This document shows, piece after piece, positions 1 through 11,698 of a stretch of 64,000 bases of DNA (position 1 is its first letter; the number at the start of each line of letters is the position of its first letter). Under the pieces are notes generated by a model. That model was not told where the DNA came from. It was given only the letters and a program-made list of their open reading frames with translations, and did not search any database. A program made the position numbers and the translations under genes. Source of the stretch: Guillardia theta CCMP2712 (lineage: Eukaryota > Protista > Cryptophyta); contig NW_005434640.1 in NCBI RefSeq assembly GCF_000315625.1, positions 559,397 through 623,396 of the forward strand. Reading direction: 5' to 3'.

Positions 1-447
1 GAGAGGGAGAGGGAGAGGGAGAGGGAGAGGACCTGGGATGCCACCCAACCATCTTGACATCTTGTGTGTGACCATGCAGCACAGCAACGCACTCGTACTC
101 GTCCTCCTCTCCCACGTTTTCCCACACCCACACGCTCTTGTCACGACTGCATCTCTCTTTCAGGAGCAGGAGGTACAAGAGCAGGTGGAAGTGGTCGAGG
201 AGGAGAGAGGGGAGGAAGGAGCGGGAGGAGCGGGAGCGACATGCCTGCATGTGGCGATGAGCTTGCCCGACGGGTCCCAACTGACGCACTTGACCTTAGC
301 AAGAGTCAGCAGCGTGTCTCCTCCTCCTCTCCCACAAACTTCGTTCTCATGCCCTTGCAACGTTGCGATCTGCTCGTACTCATTGTCCTGTGAAGAAGCA
401 GCGTCAAGAGCGTCAGCAGCATCCTTCCTCGTCTTCCTCCTCCTCCC

Positions 448-481
<34 letters not shown>

Positions 482-1635
482 TCCTCGTCCTCCCCTCCTC
501 GCCCTCCTCCCCTCCTTGTCCTCCTTCTTGTCCTCCTCCCCTCCTTGTCCTCGTCTTCGTCCTTGTCCTCCCTCCCTCCTTGTCTTCATCCTCTTGGTCC
601 TTCTTCTCCTCCTCCTCCTCCACCTCCTCCTCGTCCTCTCCTCCCGCCTCATCTTCGACTTTGTTCTCCTCCTCTCCAACCTTCAGAGCCCAGATCGCGC
701 AGGTGCCATCGAAGCTCGCAGTCGCCAACTTGTCCCCTCCAGGGCTCCACGCCACCGACCGGATGGTGCGATCATGGGCGTCATCGAGGATGGCCTGCAA
801 ACAGGTTTCTGTCATGACAAGCAGGGAGAGGTCAAGAAAAACTTTCCTCGCAGAACCAGCTCCCGTTGGACTCCATCCATATCCTTCAAGATACAAACAT
901 ATCAGTCGATCTATCGTTCTTTCTCCCTCCATTCCTCTTCGACCCAGTCATCGACTACTCCCTCCTCCCTCTCTCCCTTCCCTCCTCCCCAACCCCTCCC
1001 TTCATTCCCACGTCTCCGTCTCCCTCCCCTACAGTACCTCACAGTCTTGTCACTGGAGCATGACGCTAACTTCTTCCCATCGGCTGTCCATGCAAGAGAC
1101 CAAACCTGAGATACAGGTCAACGAGGAGGAAGCGAGCTGCAGTGAGTCCTCGGGAGTCCTCAAGACAAGAAGACGCAGCCTCCTCGTCTCTTCGTCTCCG
1201 ACATGCACGACATTCTCTCCGTCTCTAACACCATCAGGCGCCTCTTGGTAGGACACGCTGGCTGTTTGCGCCTTCGCATGGGACAACCTCACTCGCCTCG
1301 CCTTACTTTCATCTTGTTGCTCAGCAAGCCTCCAGTGCTCGGACCCTCCCTTCCTCTTCCTATATTCCCTTGATTGCCTTGATCTTCATTCTTCCCCCAC
1401 TTCCTCTCTTCCCCTTATCTTGATAGCCTCTGAGTTTATCCTGCTAGCGACTCCTCCTCCCTCACCTCCTTGTTCTCCATGCTCTCCCTCCTGCTCGTCT
1501 GCTCTTCGCTCGATCTCCACCACATCCATGCTCTCCCTCCCTTCCTCTCTCCCTCTCCTCCTCTCCCTCCCTCCCTCTTCCTCCTCTTACCCGTTCCTCG
1601 TGCCCCTCAAGCCTGGCCGTCCTCCTTAGAGCCAT
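1..1635 (-). CDS. CIAO1: Cytosolic Fe-S assembly WD40 protein CIAO1/Cia1 (multi-exon, 3' end outside window)
   Basis: Spliced reading gives [16 protein letters not shown]..., [63 protein letters not shown]...[21 protein letters not shown], which are hallmark Cia1 WD repeats. ATG at 1635. Confidence 0.93.
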
Positions 1636-1689
1636 GGATCTCTTTCCCCTCATACAGTCCAGCAAGCAGGAAAAAAAGATTGCTGTTGG

Positions 1690-1870
1690 ACTCCCGGGCC
1701 CCGGGCCCGGTTGACTCAGTCACTGAGTGCCGACTCGCTGCGGCCGGGCCCCGGCCGCTCAGCGGCTCCGAGGCTCCGCCGACTCAGTGCCACGGACTGA
1801 GTCAGTTCACCGTCACGGTTCGGAATCCGGTGGTGCCGGGGCTCGAGCCCGGCCGCTGCGTCAGTGTCAA
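1690..1870. promoter_or_regulatory. GC-rich intergenic island (class A: CCGG/GGCC plus TGACTCA/ACTGAGT motifs) upstream of CIAO1
   Basis: Dense cccggg, ggccgg, ttgactcagtcactgagt and actgagtcag motifs, unlike flanking DNA. The same vocabulary recurs at six other intergenic sites. Confidence 0.5.
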
Positions 1871-2488
1871 GAGACGTTGTCTTGTCTTGTGCGGCCAACA
1901 AGGAGGTTCACTTGGGTGAAAATGGACTCGCACTGTGACTGAATTGCAATCATCGTTCTATTCGCCTGCATGTCTAGGTTTTACTTAAGTTAGACCACGG
2001 CAGCGATGGCGCCGTTAACTTGAAGGAAGAGAAGCGACTTGTGAGACAAGGCTTGCCTCCACATCTCTCCTCACCGTCCTAGTAATCCACCGTCTATCAG
2101 TATGCAACCATTCGTGTATCTATCTATCTAAGCCATTGAATGTATTCAGCAACCATGTGGCATCATCTCCCTTTTTGCAGAATCATGCGTCGAGCTCCGA
2201 GCTCTGATTGCTGTCCCCTCGCTCTTGCGCTATGCTTGGACGGAGGATTTTTTTCCTTCCCTCCTCCTCGAATGCTCGGAAGACCATGCCTCGCTCCAGT
2301 CCCTTCCTCCTTACCACCCCATGCTGTTGGTTTGGCGATTCGCTTCGCGCTGCCTCCACCTTTTCTCAAGTTTCCTTCCTCCACCGTCGGCAGAATCGGT
2401 TTCCTGCCTCTGCCCTCCTGCTCAGCAGTCAGACTTACCCTCTTCTCCTCACATCCTTACCCTCCCCCCCGGCTCAATTCCCGTGCTC

Positions 2489-3597
2489 TTACGCAAAGGC
2501 GGCAAGTTCTCGTTGACGTGGTTGTGAGGGAGAGGATTGCTGAACGATGCCTGCCTCCGACTTGGTCCTGCCATCAGCATCAGCAGGTCTCCTCCCCGCT
2601 CCCTCCCTCCTCCCACCGGAATTCTTTGTCTTCGCCTCGAGTTGCTCTACCCGCTGCCTGAGCTCGTCGATGATTTGCCCCTGCCCTCGTCGTGTGTGCA
2701 GCTGGTGCTGGATGAACCCCAGGTCCTTCATGAGATTGTCCACCTTGGTGTTCATCCATCTCTCGAACTTGTACGAGCTGGCCCAGCGTCAGCACAATGA
2801 GGAAGCAAAGGGAAGGAGGGGAGGGACAGAAGGAAGGAGGGGAAGGACGTCAGCGCAAAGCGAAGGGAAGGGAAGGAGGCGAGGGAGGCTGACGTAGCTC
2901 TCACCCCTCCACCTGAGGACGAGGCACGGGTCGTCTTTCGCTTCCTGCCACATCTCGAAGGTCGTTCCTCCCCTGCCAGTCTCTTCGTCCGGGAGTACTC
3001 ATGGAATCTAACTCTTCACCCATGCGCGTGAGCCCTTCCTGCCTCGTACTGCCTTGGATGGAAGGCAGGCGGTGGGCAGCCTGATGTATGAAGGGGTCGT
3101 TCAAGTAAGGTTTCATTCCTCCTGCAGGCGCATGACGAGCAGGAGAAGAAATCTTGTAACAAAGCTCGGAGAGATCGTCGTTCAATCGAGAAAGAACATT
3201 CGAGAAGTTGTTCTGCAATTGCGGACCCAAGTTGTCTTGGTATCCGAATGTGAACATGGCAGGCGAGAATCGTCCATCCACCATCCTTGCTAGTCCTCCA
3301 GGGATGTTGGGTTCGATCAAGAATGCATCCACAAAGGTTCTCTCCTACTTGAGATCTCCCTTTCCCTTACTCAGGCCGAACACACCGATGGCGAGCGTCC
3401 CGATCCAGATATCATCATCGCAGCCTTATGGACATCGAACTCATGGCGAAACAAGTCGTTGAGAGCACCTGAGACCCTGCTTAACTGAACAACAGCAGAA
3501 TCAGGATCAATGCTTCCTTCGCCGCGCGTCCTCCCCTTAGGCCTCTTCTTCTCCACCCTTGTCCCTCTTTGTAGGTACTCCTTCCCTACCGAGACAT
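2489..3597 (-). CDS. Hypothetical protein with C-terminal coiled coil (multi-exon)
   Basis: ORFs 3371-3556, 2901-3332 and 2489-2755 can be joined by short GT-AG introns. Heptad-like IIDELRQRVEQLEAK. No family recognised. Confidence 0.5.
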
Positions 3598-4169
3598 GGC
3601 CCTAGTGCATGCTTCGTCTCTTGCACCTTCAACGTTTTCTCTGACCCTTTTCCACCTCTTTCTCTCTCTTCTACCTAGCTCTCTATTCATCGTTCCTTGA
3701 CAAAAGCTCTTTCAACCTATTTGGGAATCCTTCACTTCTTCTTTCCTCCCCACCCTATTGGAGTGTACTGTGATGATATTCTTCAACATCCCCGAATCTC
3801 ACTCCAGCCCTCCTCTCTTCCCCTTCACTCCTTCTCTCTCCCCTCCTTCCCTCTCCCCTCCCCTCCCGTTTTCTCTCCCACCCATCACTCTTCGCTCAAC
3901 CGCCATCACTGAAAAAAATGGATTTTTTACGATCTTGGTACTATAGTTTTAATTTATATAATGAAAAATAAAATGAAATCGGATCAAAATTTATAAAACA
4001 ATTTTTGATAATGTACGTGTGTGATAGCAAGGTCCTATTGACTAAACCTTGTGGTATAAGATACTTTTTGAAATTTCGCTGAGCATTTCAAACCTTTGTT
4101 TGAGCCAAATTTGAAAGTTCAATAAGAAGATTTAGAAATATTACAGATAGCTCCAAAGCTTCTCTCCTC

Positions 4170-4330
4170 GTACCACCCCCATCGCCGATCCCACCGTTTG
4201 CCACCCTCAGCATACACTACCCTAACATAATTTGTATGTACCCCTTCTATATCCTTCAAATTACTAGTTCTAAGGGGGTATGTGTAGTACCCCTACCGGT
4301 TGATTTTGGTCAACCCTACCCCAAAACCTG
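4170..4330. promoter_or_regulatory. TACCCC/GGGGTA-rich island (class B) in a divergent promoter
   Basis: gtaccacccc, ctaccctaac, gtacccc, gggggtatg, gtacccctacc and ctacccc. Flanked by a pyrimidine tract plus AT-rich block on the left and a purine tract on the right. Confidence 0.5.
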
Positions 4331-4453
4331 CATGCCGAGAGGCGAAAGGAAAGAGATATGAGGGGCGGGAGAGGAGAAGAGGAGAGGAGGAGGGGAGGAG
4401 GGGAGGAGAGGTGGAGAGGAGTGACGCGGGAGAAGAAGTTGTATACTCACCAA

Positions 4454-4493
<40 letters not shown>

Positions 4494-4836
4494 GATTATT
4501 TGTTTGAGAAGAGAGGATGAAGCGCGAGAGAGAGCACAGAGAGTGAGCTTGGAGAGAGACAACGTTTGATGAGGGATTGTCATTGAAGGGATCCTCCGGA
4601 AAACGAGAACGAACATTGCAAGTTTCATGGGAAGAGAGTGTGTGTGTGTGTGCCTGGCAGGGGATGAAGAGCAGTTTGAGGGAAAAGCGGGCCAACAGCG
4701 ATTGACATTACATTCCGTGATGGAGTTTTTGGTTTCATGTCGAATCGAACGCCAGACCTGCTGTCTGTGTGCTCGACTTGTTGTCTCGGCTAATTCTTTC
4801 CTTTTGTCAGAAGAGTGGGAAGCGCTCGTAGCCGGC

Positions 4837-7185
4837 ATGTCCTCTGCGAAGAAGTTGCAGAGCGAGGTGGATCGTGTGCTGAAGGCGGTGACCGAAGGGC
4901 AAGAGGTCTTCGAGGAGATATGGCAGAAGGTCCACGAGGCCTCCACGTCAGCTCAGAAGGAGAAGTTTGAGAGTGAGCTCAAGACTCAGATCAAGAAGCT
5001 GCAGAGGCTGAGAGAGCAGCTCAAGACATGGATAGCTGGGGACCAGGTGAAGGACAAGCAGCCCCTGATGGAGGCGCGCAAGAGGATAGAAACAGACATG
5101 GAGAGGTTCAAGGTCTGCGAGAAGGAGACCAAGACAAAAGCCTACTCCAAGGATGGCCTCGCTGCCGCTGGAACCAACGACCCCGAGACTCGTGCGAAGA
5201 TGGAGGCGCGAGAATGGCTTGACAGCTGCTTGGACAGCTTGCAGACGCAGAAAGATGCTCTTGAAGCCGAGATCGAAGTGATCCGATCGAGGCAGAAGAA
5301 GGGAAGTAAGGTCACAGCTCGCGAAACCGAGCTCGACGGACAGAGGGAGAGGCACAACTATCACGTGGAGAGGCTTGAGCTGATGCTTCGATTGCTGGAC
5401 AACGACAACTTGACGTACGATGACATCAACTCGATCCGAGACGATGTCGACTACTACATACAGAGCAATCAAGACCCAGACTTTCAAGAAGATGAGACCA
5501 TCTACGATGCCCTGAACCTCGACGAGCTCGATCAAGAGAAAGGTGGATTGGTGCAGCTGAGCAAGAAGGACAAAGATGCCGAGAAGGCGCAGAAAGAGAA
5601 AGAAGACGCGGAAAGAGAGGAAGCACGGAGAAGAGAAGAGGTTTGCTTTCGGATCTGCATGTACTTCTCTTTCTTGACTTGCCTTGGAACAGGCGGAACT
5701 TGAAAGGAAGAAGAAATTGGTCCAACTCATGTGTTTCACAAGCGACTGGAAGCTGAATGTTTTGTAGGAGGAAGAGAAGCGTCAGAAAGAGGAACAACGA
5801 AGACAGCTTGAGAACGAGAGGAGAAGGCAGGTATGCTGCAACACGATCCCTCCTGGCCGAGAATTTTTGTTGTGACACCAGCACAGGAGGAGGAGAAGCG
5901 AAGGCAGCAGGCTGAAGTGCAGAGGAGGCAGGAGCTTCAGAGGCAGCAGGTTCTTGATTTTTGAGCTATTCCACTCCTTCAGCTGCTGATGTTTGACTGC
6001 AACCAGGAAGCAGCCGCAGCCGCAGCCAAGAAGGTATGACATTCCTCCACCTTCGTGAACGTTTACCACGCCCCTTCAAAGAGTGCGGCTGCTCCCGCCC
6101 CCGCCCCCGCCCCCGCCCCCGCCCCTGCTCCTAAGGTCGTTTCCAGCTGTTTTCTCCTCCTCTCTCAACTTTTCCGTCTCCAGGCGACTCCCGCTCCTCC
6201 GTCCATTCATCAGAAGTCGTTCCTGTCACAGCTTAGAAACGATGGTGAGCGAGGGTCACGGGCGTGGAGGAAGATATGCTGACGTTTTGCAGATGCTCCG
6301 ATGGAAGGAGGGTCGCAGAGCTCTTCGGACTATCAGCTGTCACAGCCGGAAAGCCTGTCGCAGGTAGCCCTTCAACGAACTCTCTCTCCTTGTCCTCACG
6401 ATCCGGACCGTACAGGACGGCTACTCCTCCGTCGAAGGGATGGAAACTCCTGCAGCACCGGACGACCAGATGGACAAGTTGGTAAGTCAACGCAAGAGAG
6501 AGATTTTACCGCGCTGACGTCACTGCAGGGCTTGTTGGAAGCAAGCATCAAGTTCATGCCTGACCCTGTTGAGACCGAAAGGCCCAAAACTCTCTTCGAC
6601 AACCCAGCGGTCGGCTCGCTGTCATGTCTCTAGAGACGATGGTAACGGCTTGAGCAGGTGTTCGACAAGCTGGACATGGACACTTTGTTCTTCATCTTCT
6701 ATTTCCAGGTCGTGAGATGGGGTTGGTGATGGTCATGGTTGACTCATGTTCACAGACCGGAACCCTTCAGCAGTATCTTGCAGCTCGCGAGCTCAAGAAG
6801 CAAGGCATTCCAGCGAGGAGAGGGAGAGAAGGGGGGGGGATGACTGTCTCTGCAGGTTGGAGGTTCCACAAGAAGTACTTGACGTGGTTCCAACGGCATG
6901 AGGAGCCGGTCGAGACAGGTCGAGCTCCTTGCTCTGTCCCCCTTGTTCCGTCTCCTTCATCTTCACTTTTGTTGCCTCCTGCATCTCTCGTGCTGCTCGA
7001 CCTCATACAAGGTGGTTCAGGGCATCAGAGTGAGCGGGGAACGTACGTGTACTTCGATTACGAGACAGGATGGTGTCAAAGGATTAAGGTGAGATGATGC
7101 GCAACCTTGTCCTCCCCTTACCCCTGAGCAGACCGACTTCACTTTCGACTACTATTACCTCGAGGACGAGGTCCCAGCACAGTAG
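4837..7185 (+). CDS. NOT3: CCR4-NOT complex subunit NOT3/CNOT3
   Basis: N-terminal Not3 domain (KKLQSEVDRVLK...QIKKLQRLREQLKTW...MERFKVCEKETKTKAYSKDGL) and C-terminal NOT-box ([40 protein letters not shown]...GTYVYFDYETGWCQRIKTDFTFDYYYLED). Confidence 0.96.
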
Positions 7186-7260
7186 CTCTGCTTGTATATA
7201 AAGATGCCGAGAGTCCCCGCGATAAGAGGGCAGGAGCGAGTATCAAACAATCATTTATTA

Positions 7261-8990
7261 TTAGGTGACAGGATGCGCGACTAAAGCCTTGAGGGGCGAA
7301 GAGCTGGGGCTCGAGGCCTCTAGGTGTTGACTAGATTGACTGACAGCGCGACTGAGAGGAGTCGAGCAGGAGCTGAGAAAGCCTCCTTCAGACTCGGGCT
7401 CAGCTCCTGTGACAGCCTCCAAGGGGAAGGAAAGCTTCAAGGCGGCTCGCTTCCTCCACTTGAAGGCTGCCAGGAGAGCCGTCCGCTCAGGGGTCGACGT
7501 GATGCTCTTCTTGCGACCCTCCAGGTGATCTGTCACGTCCGTCAGTCAATCAGCCACAGCAGGTCGTTTCTTCTCCTCATTCCTCACCTTTGAGCAGCTT
7601 CGACTCACATAGATCCATAGCTGTCTTCCCCTCGTTGTTCTCGGCGTTAAGATCAACCCCCATCTTGACAAGCTTGTCACCTGCTGCTCGTCAGCACCTC
7701 AAGTCCTCACGACCAGCACTCAACGCACTGAGGTCGATCTTTTCTCGTTCCTTTGCTTGCTCCTCTGCTGCAGTCTCTTCGAAGTCCAGTCCTCCTCCCC
7801 CCACCAGCGCGTGCAGTAGAGTGTTTCCGTTGTCGTCTTTTTGCGACATGGCGACCGTCTGCAGCAGCGTCAGACGCACTCGTTGGAGCCCGTGTCTGCT
7901 GACCTGCTCACGTAAGGAGAGCCGCATGATCCCTCCCAGCTCGTGACGCGCGCGTCCGAGGTCCCCGATATGAAAGTTGAGGAGCAGAAGCTTGCCTGCC
8001 TTGGTCCCCTCCGACACTTGCGGGGGCTTGAGCGTCTCCTGGTTCAATAAGCTGGACTTTCCTGATGAAGGACTGTGCTCTGGTTGAGAAGAAAGCCGAG
8101 GAGTGGGAGAGAGCCGAGGAGAAGCAACTGGAGAGTGACGGGAGGAGAGCCTGCGCATCTCGTCAACGAGGAGCTCCCTCAACATCCTCTTGTCCTCACA
8201 CTCTCATGCTCGATCGTCTCTGTACGGCTGAGGAGCTCGATGCCAGCCTGAGGAACAAGTCTTTGTGCTCCAGCTCTCCGTGCTGCTCCTGCCGAACCCT
8301 AGACGAGTCGTTCTTGGAGGAATCTACGCTAGCAATCAAGAAAGGAGAGGAAGAGAAAGATGCAGGAGGAGAAGGAGGAGAAGGAGGAGAAAGGGTTTAG
8401 ACGGCAGCCATGAGGAGCCGCACTAACCTTGTACGAGCGATAGGTTGCGAGTGGGCACATCGAGACGAGGAACCGAAAGTCTTCGACAGGATCGAAACAT
8501 TGCAGGGGAGGAAGGAGCTCGTTCAAGAAAGGCTGTCAATGGATTCTCCTTCACCAGGTTCCAGTCCTTGAGGGCTCCGATAACATCGTTTGCTCTGCTA
8601 GGGGAGTGAGGAGACTGGTTCTTGGGGGAGGAAACACTTGGGGATGAGCTGAGTCTGTTAATTTTCCCGCTTTCTGACATCAAGCTGTGAATCCTTGGAT
8701 TCGTCATCTGCATTATCATGTAAGTCAGACAGACAAGAATACTGAGAGGATTGCCTCGTCATCGAATATGCGAACCCCTCTAAGTAACTTCAGAAGCTCT
8801 ACTTGCTGCATCGCAGATACCAAACTCGTTGTCTTTGGCTATCAAACATCTCGCAGCTCGTTATCATCTCTCGGCAATGTCCAAAGTCAAGATGCTTCCA
8901 AAGATTCTTTGCTTTGATCAAATTGTTCGCTACCATCAGAGAGTCTATTCCCTCGTGGAGCCTTTCTGTGCACTCATCTACGTCCTGCAA
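7261..8990 (-). CDS. Ankyrin-repeat protein (multi-exon; start uncertain)
   Basis: QKDDNGNTLLHAL and, after splicing, KLVKMGVDLNAENNEGKTAMDL are ankyrin consensus pieces. Upstream exons are unassigned. Confidence 0.6.
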
Positions 8991-9119
8991 TCCTCAATTA
9001 TCCCTTCTCCTGATCCTCCTCTCCCCTCTTTCCCACCGTTCTCTCCCTCCATCGCTGTCCCTGATACCTACTCCCTCCCATCATTTCCCCGCCGCTCTTT
9101 GCTTGATCGATCCTAGCCA

Positions 9120-9480
9120 AGTTTACGGTGACGGCCCTACGGTACAGAGACCACCCCCATGGGGTACCAACCAATAACCCCCACCCCCTCATCCTCCATG
9201 TCATCATTACGCCTACCCCCTTAAAGCATTGACTTTTACAGAGACCCCTACATTCAGGTACCCACCCATATAATTGCTCTTTATTTCAATATCCAAGTAC
9301 CGGGTGTGTAGCCAGGGTAATAACAACCCACCCTCTTCAGAGCGTCCACAACACTTGTTAGTGGGGCTCATGGCACTTCACCTTGAGCCCTACCCTATCA
9401 ATCTCAAACCTTCGATCTGTGGTGGGGGTGGTCCAGGGGGTGGTCATATGAGAGCCCTCAGGTTGCAACGGTTGGGTGCG
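9120..9480. promoter_or_regulatory. Class B TACCCC/GGGGTA island in the divergent promoter between the ankyrin and SET genes
   Basis: ggggtacc, ctaccccc, cccctac, ggtaccc, gggtaa and ccctaccc are clustered here, preceded by a pyrimidine tract. Confidence 0.5.
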
Positions 9481-10019
9481 ATGTAAAATGGCTGAAGATA
9501 AAAGTCACCAAATACATCTAATTTCAAAAGGGGTGAAATGTTTCACTCAGATTTTAAATCTCTAATATACAAGTTCACGTCTGTAAAGCTCTTGTTTGAG
9601 GTCAGCACCACGAGACCGTCAGGCCGGTGGGTGTAGTCCGTCCACCCTGCCGTCCACCGGAAGTCTGGTGAGTACCTACCTTATCTCCAGTAATGACAGG
9701 TCGCAGAGGGGGTAGGGTGAGTTGTGTGGGTGCTGCGAGAAAGTTAACGGCGAGACCCGGGATACTGAGCGGGCCCGTCGAGTCCACTGGTCGTAAAGAT
9801 GAATCCTGAAAATAGTTTTTGGTATCCAAATATATCATTTGAACACGAAAAGAAGTTTTTTGATGCTCAACACTTTTCAAACGAGCCTTTACTCATGTGA
9901 AAATAAGACTTTTCGAGGTTTTGGCTTCACGAGTCAGTCACGATGGCACGTGGGGTCACTCCCGAGTTACAACCAGCCACGACTTTGCACCTGTTGGAAG
10001 CCCAGGACATCCGAACACC

Positions 10020-10130
10020 CGGCGGGCCCGCGGTGGCAAACCGCCCGGCCGGAGTCTCAGTGACTCAATGATTGGCCGGGCCGGCCGGGCCCGGGGAGCC
10101 CGGAGAACGTTTCAGTGACTCTCGGGAGAG
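10020..10130. promoter_or_regulatory. Class A GC-rich island immediately upstream of the SET gene
   Basis: ggcgggcccgcgg, cccggccggagtctcagtgactca, ggccgggccggccgggcccgggg and cagtgactc. Confidence 0.5.
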
Positions 10131-10142
10131 AGCAGGATAGAA

Positions 10143-11439
10143 ATGGAGATCAAGCGAACACTTCTTCTGCTAGGATGCGTTGCGGGGATCACGATGGAGG
10201 CAGCGAGCACAACACCCTCCTGCTTCCTGACCTACCTGCCACCACACCTATCTCTCTCCTCCTCCTCCTCCTCCTCCCCTTCCCCCTCCTCCTCCTCTTT
10301 TGTCGGTCGCTGCCTCCCACTACGAAGGACTCTGCTTTCACCTGCGGTAAGGGAAAGTGCAGCCATTCGCGGTCGGTGGCAAGGGATGAGATGGCAGTGC
10401 TTCGATGGGTCGCTCACAGCCGCTTCCTCTCTGACCGGACTCGCGCTTGTCCTTCTCCTGGAGACTCGCCCCCATGGTCGTGTTACTCTGACTGAAGGCA
10501 AGTCGACACGTTCCTGCGAGCTCTTCCTCTACCCCTTCCTATCATTTCTACTCTCCTCTCCTTCCCCTTCCCCTTCTCATCACTGCTGTGTCATTTTCAT
10601 ATTTCTACCGCTCGCCATCACTTGTGCGCTGAGCCCGGCGGTAGACGCTCTAGTCGTCAAGCCCAGCACCATCCCTCAGGCTGGCCTTGGGCTGTTCGCC
10701 GCTGTTGACATACCAGCGGGTAGACCTGTCATGACCCTTCCCCTTGCTTGACGTTTTTCACGGCAACGTGCAGGCACAGAGATCGGACGATACGCAGGAA
10801 GCCTTTGGCCACAAGGGCTGTGGCTGCGATGGAAAGGAGCGAAGCTGGGTGACGTGAGCAGCGGCATGCCATCGCGCAAACCATGACTGATGGTCAGGTT
10901 CTCTCGACGGCTCCTTCCTCGGAGGTGAGCAGTCCAGTTCATCACAGGGAACTGAGGGATCAGATCCTGGCAGCAACTTGCGATCCAACAAAGAGCTCGT
11001 GAATATATCTGGCGTCTGTCCAACGGCAATGTGCTGGATCCGACAGACAGGTTGTCTCTTCTTCTGAAGAGCCTCTAAGGTTGACTAGCCTCTCGTCCGC
11101 CTCCACTTCATGCTCAGCGACGGGACTCTATTGGATCACGTCCCTTACATTCTACCCTGGGTGAAGGTCTCGACCAAACTGTCCAGGATGAACGAGGTAA
11201 ACGATCGAAACGGCTGTCGGAGGTCATGCTGACGCTGCTGCAGCCTTCTCTCGGGAGGGACGTGAATGTGGTGACCGAGGAGGACGGAGATTCGCTCGTC
11301 ATGAAAGCAGAGTTTGACATCGGTCCGACTCCGTCCCATCTGCTGGAGCGCAGCTGATGCATAAACAGGTGCGGGTGAGGAGCTGTTCGTTGATTACGGG
11401 CCTTTCTATGATCGCGACAAGTACATCTCGATCAAGTGA
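10143..11439 (+). CDS. SET-domain methyltransferase with probable bipartite (signal + transit) plastid-targeting presequence
   Basis: LVVKPSTIPQAGLGLFAAVDIPAGTEIGRYAG (SET-N), RMNEP...VNV and GEELFVDYGPFY (SET-C). Hydrophobic N-terminus followed by a Ser-rich tract. Confidence 0.85.
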
Positions 11440-11698
11440 CAAGACTCAAAGTACATGGATGATTGCAACGAAATATTTTCACACACTTTGCACAGATGAT
11501 CTCCCAAAGCTGCTTGAGATCCACTTCCTGCCTAGGATGTCAGACAGACAAGCTCTCGGCAGGTCCAACCTACCGCCAAGTAGCAGGAGCGTCGACGCCG
11601 ATGGTGGAGGCAAGGATACAATCCATGGTCGAGAGATGAGACGTCGCAAAGATCGTCTCGTTCCCTGGCATGCCTGCCGACAGGTCACTCTCTGCGCC

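Noticed and set aside
3910-4160. AT-rich block as an organellar, nucleomorph or viral insertion
   Set aside because: No ORF or RNA gene was recognised. Similar AT blocks accompany other promoter islands (9480-9600, 54320-54440).
4948-5739. 263-aa ORF antisense to NOT3 (and similar ORFs opposite other long exons)
   Set aside because: Expected shadow ORFs, because stop codons are scarce on the opposite strand.
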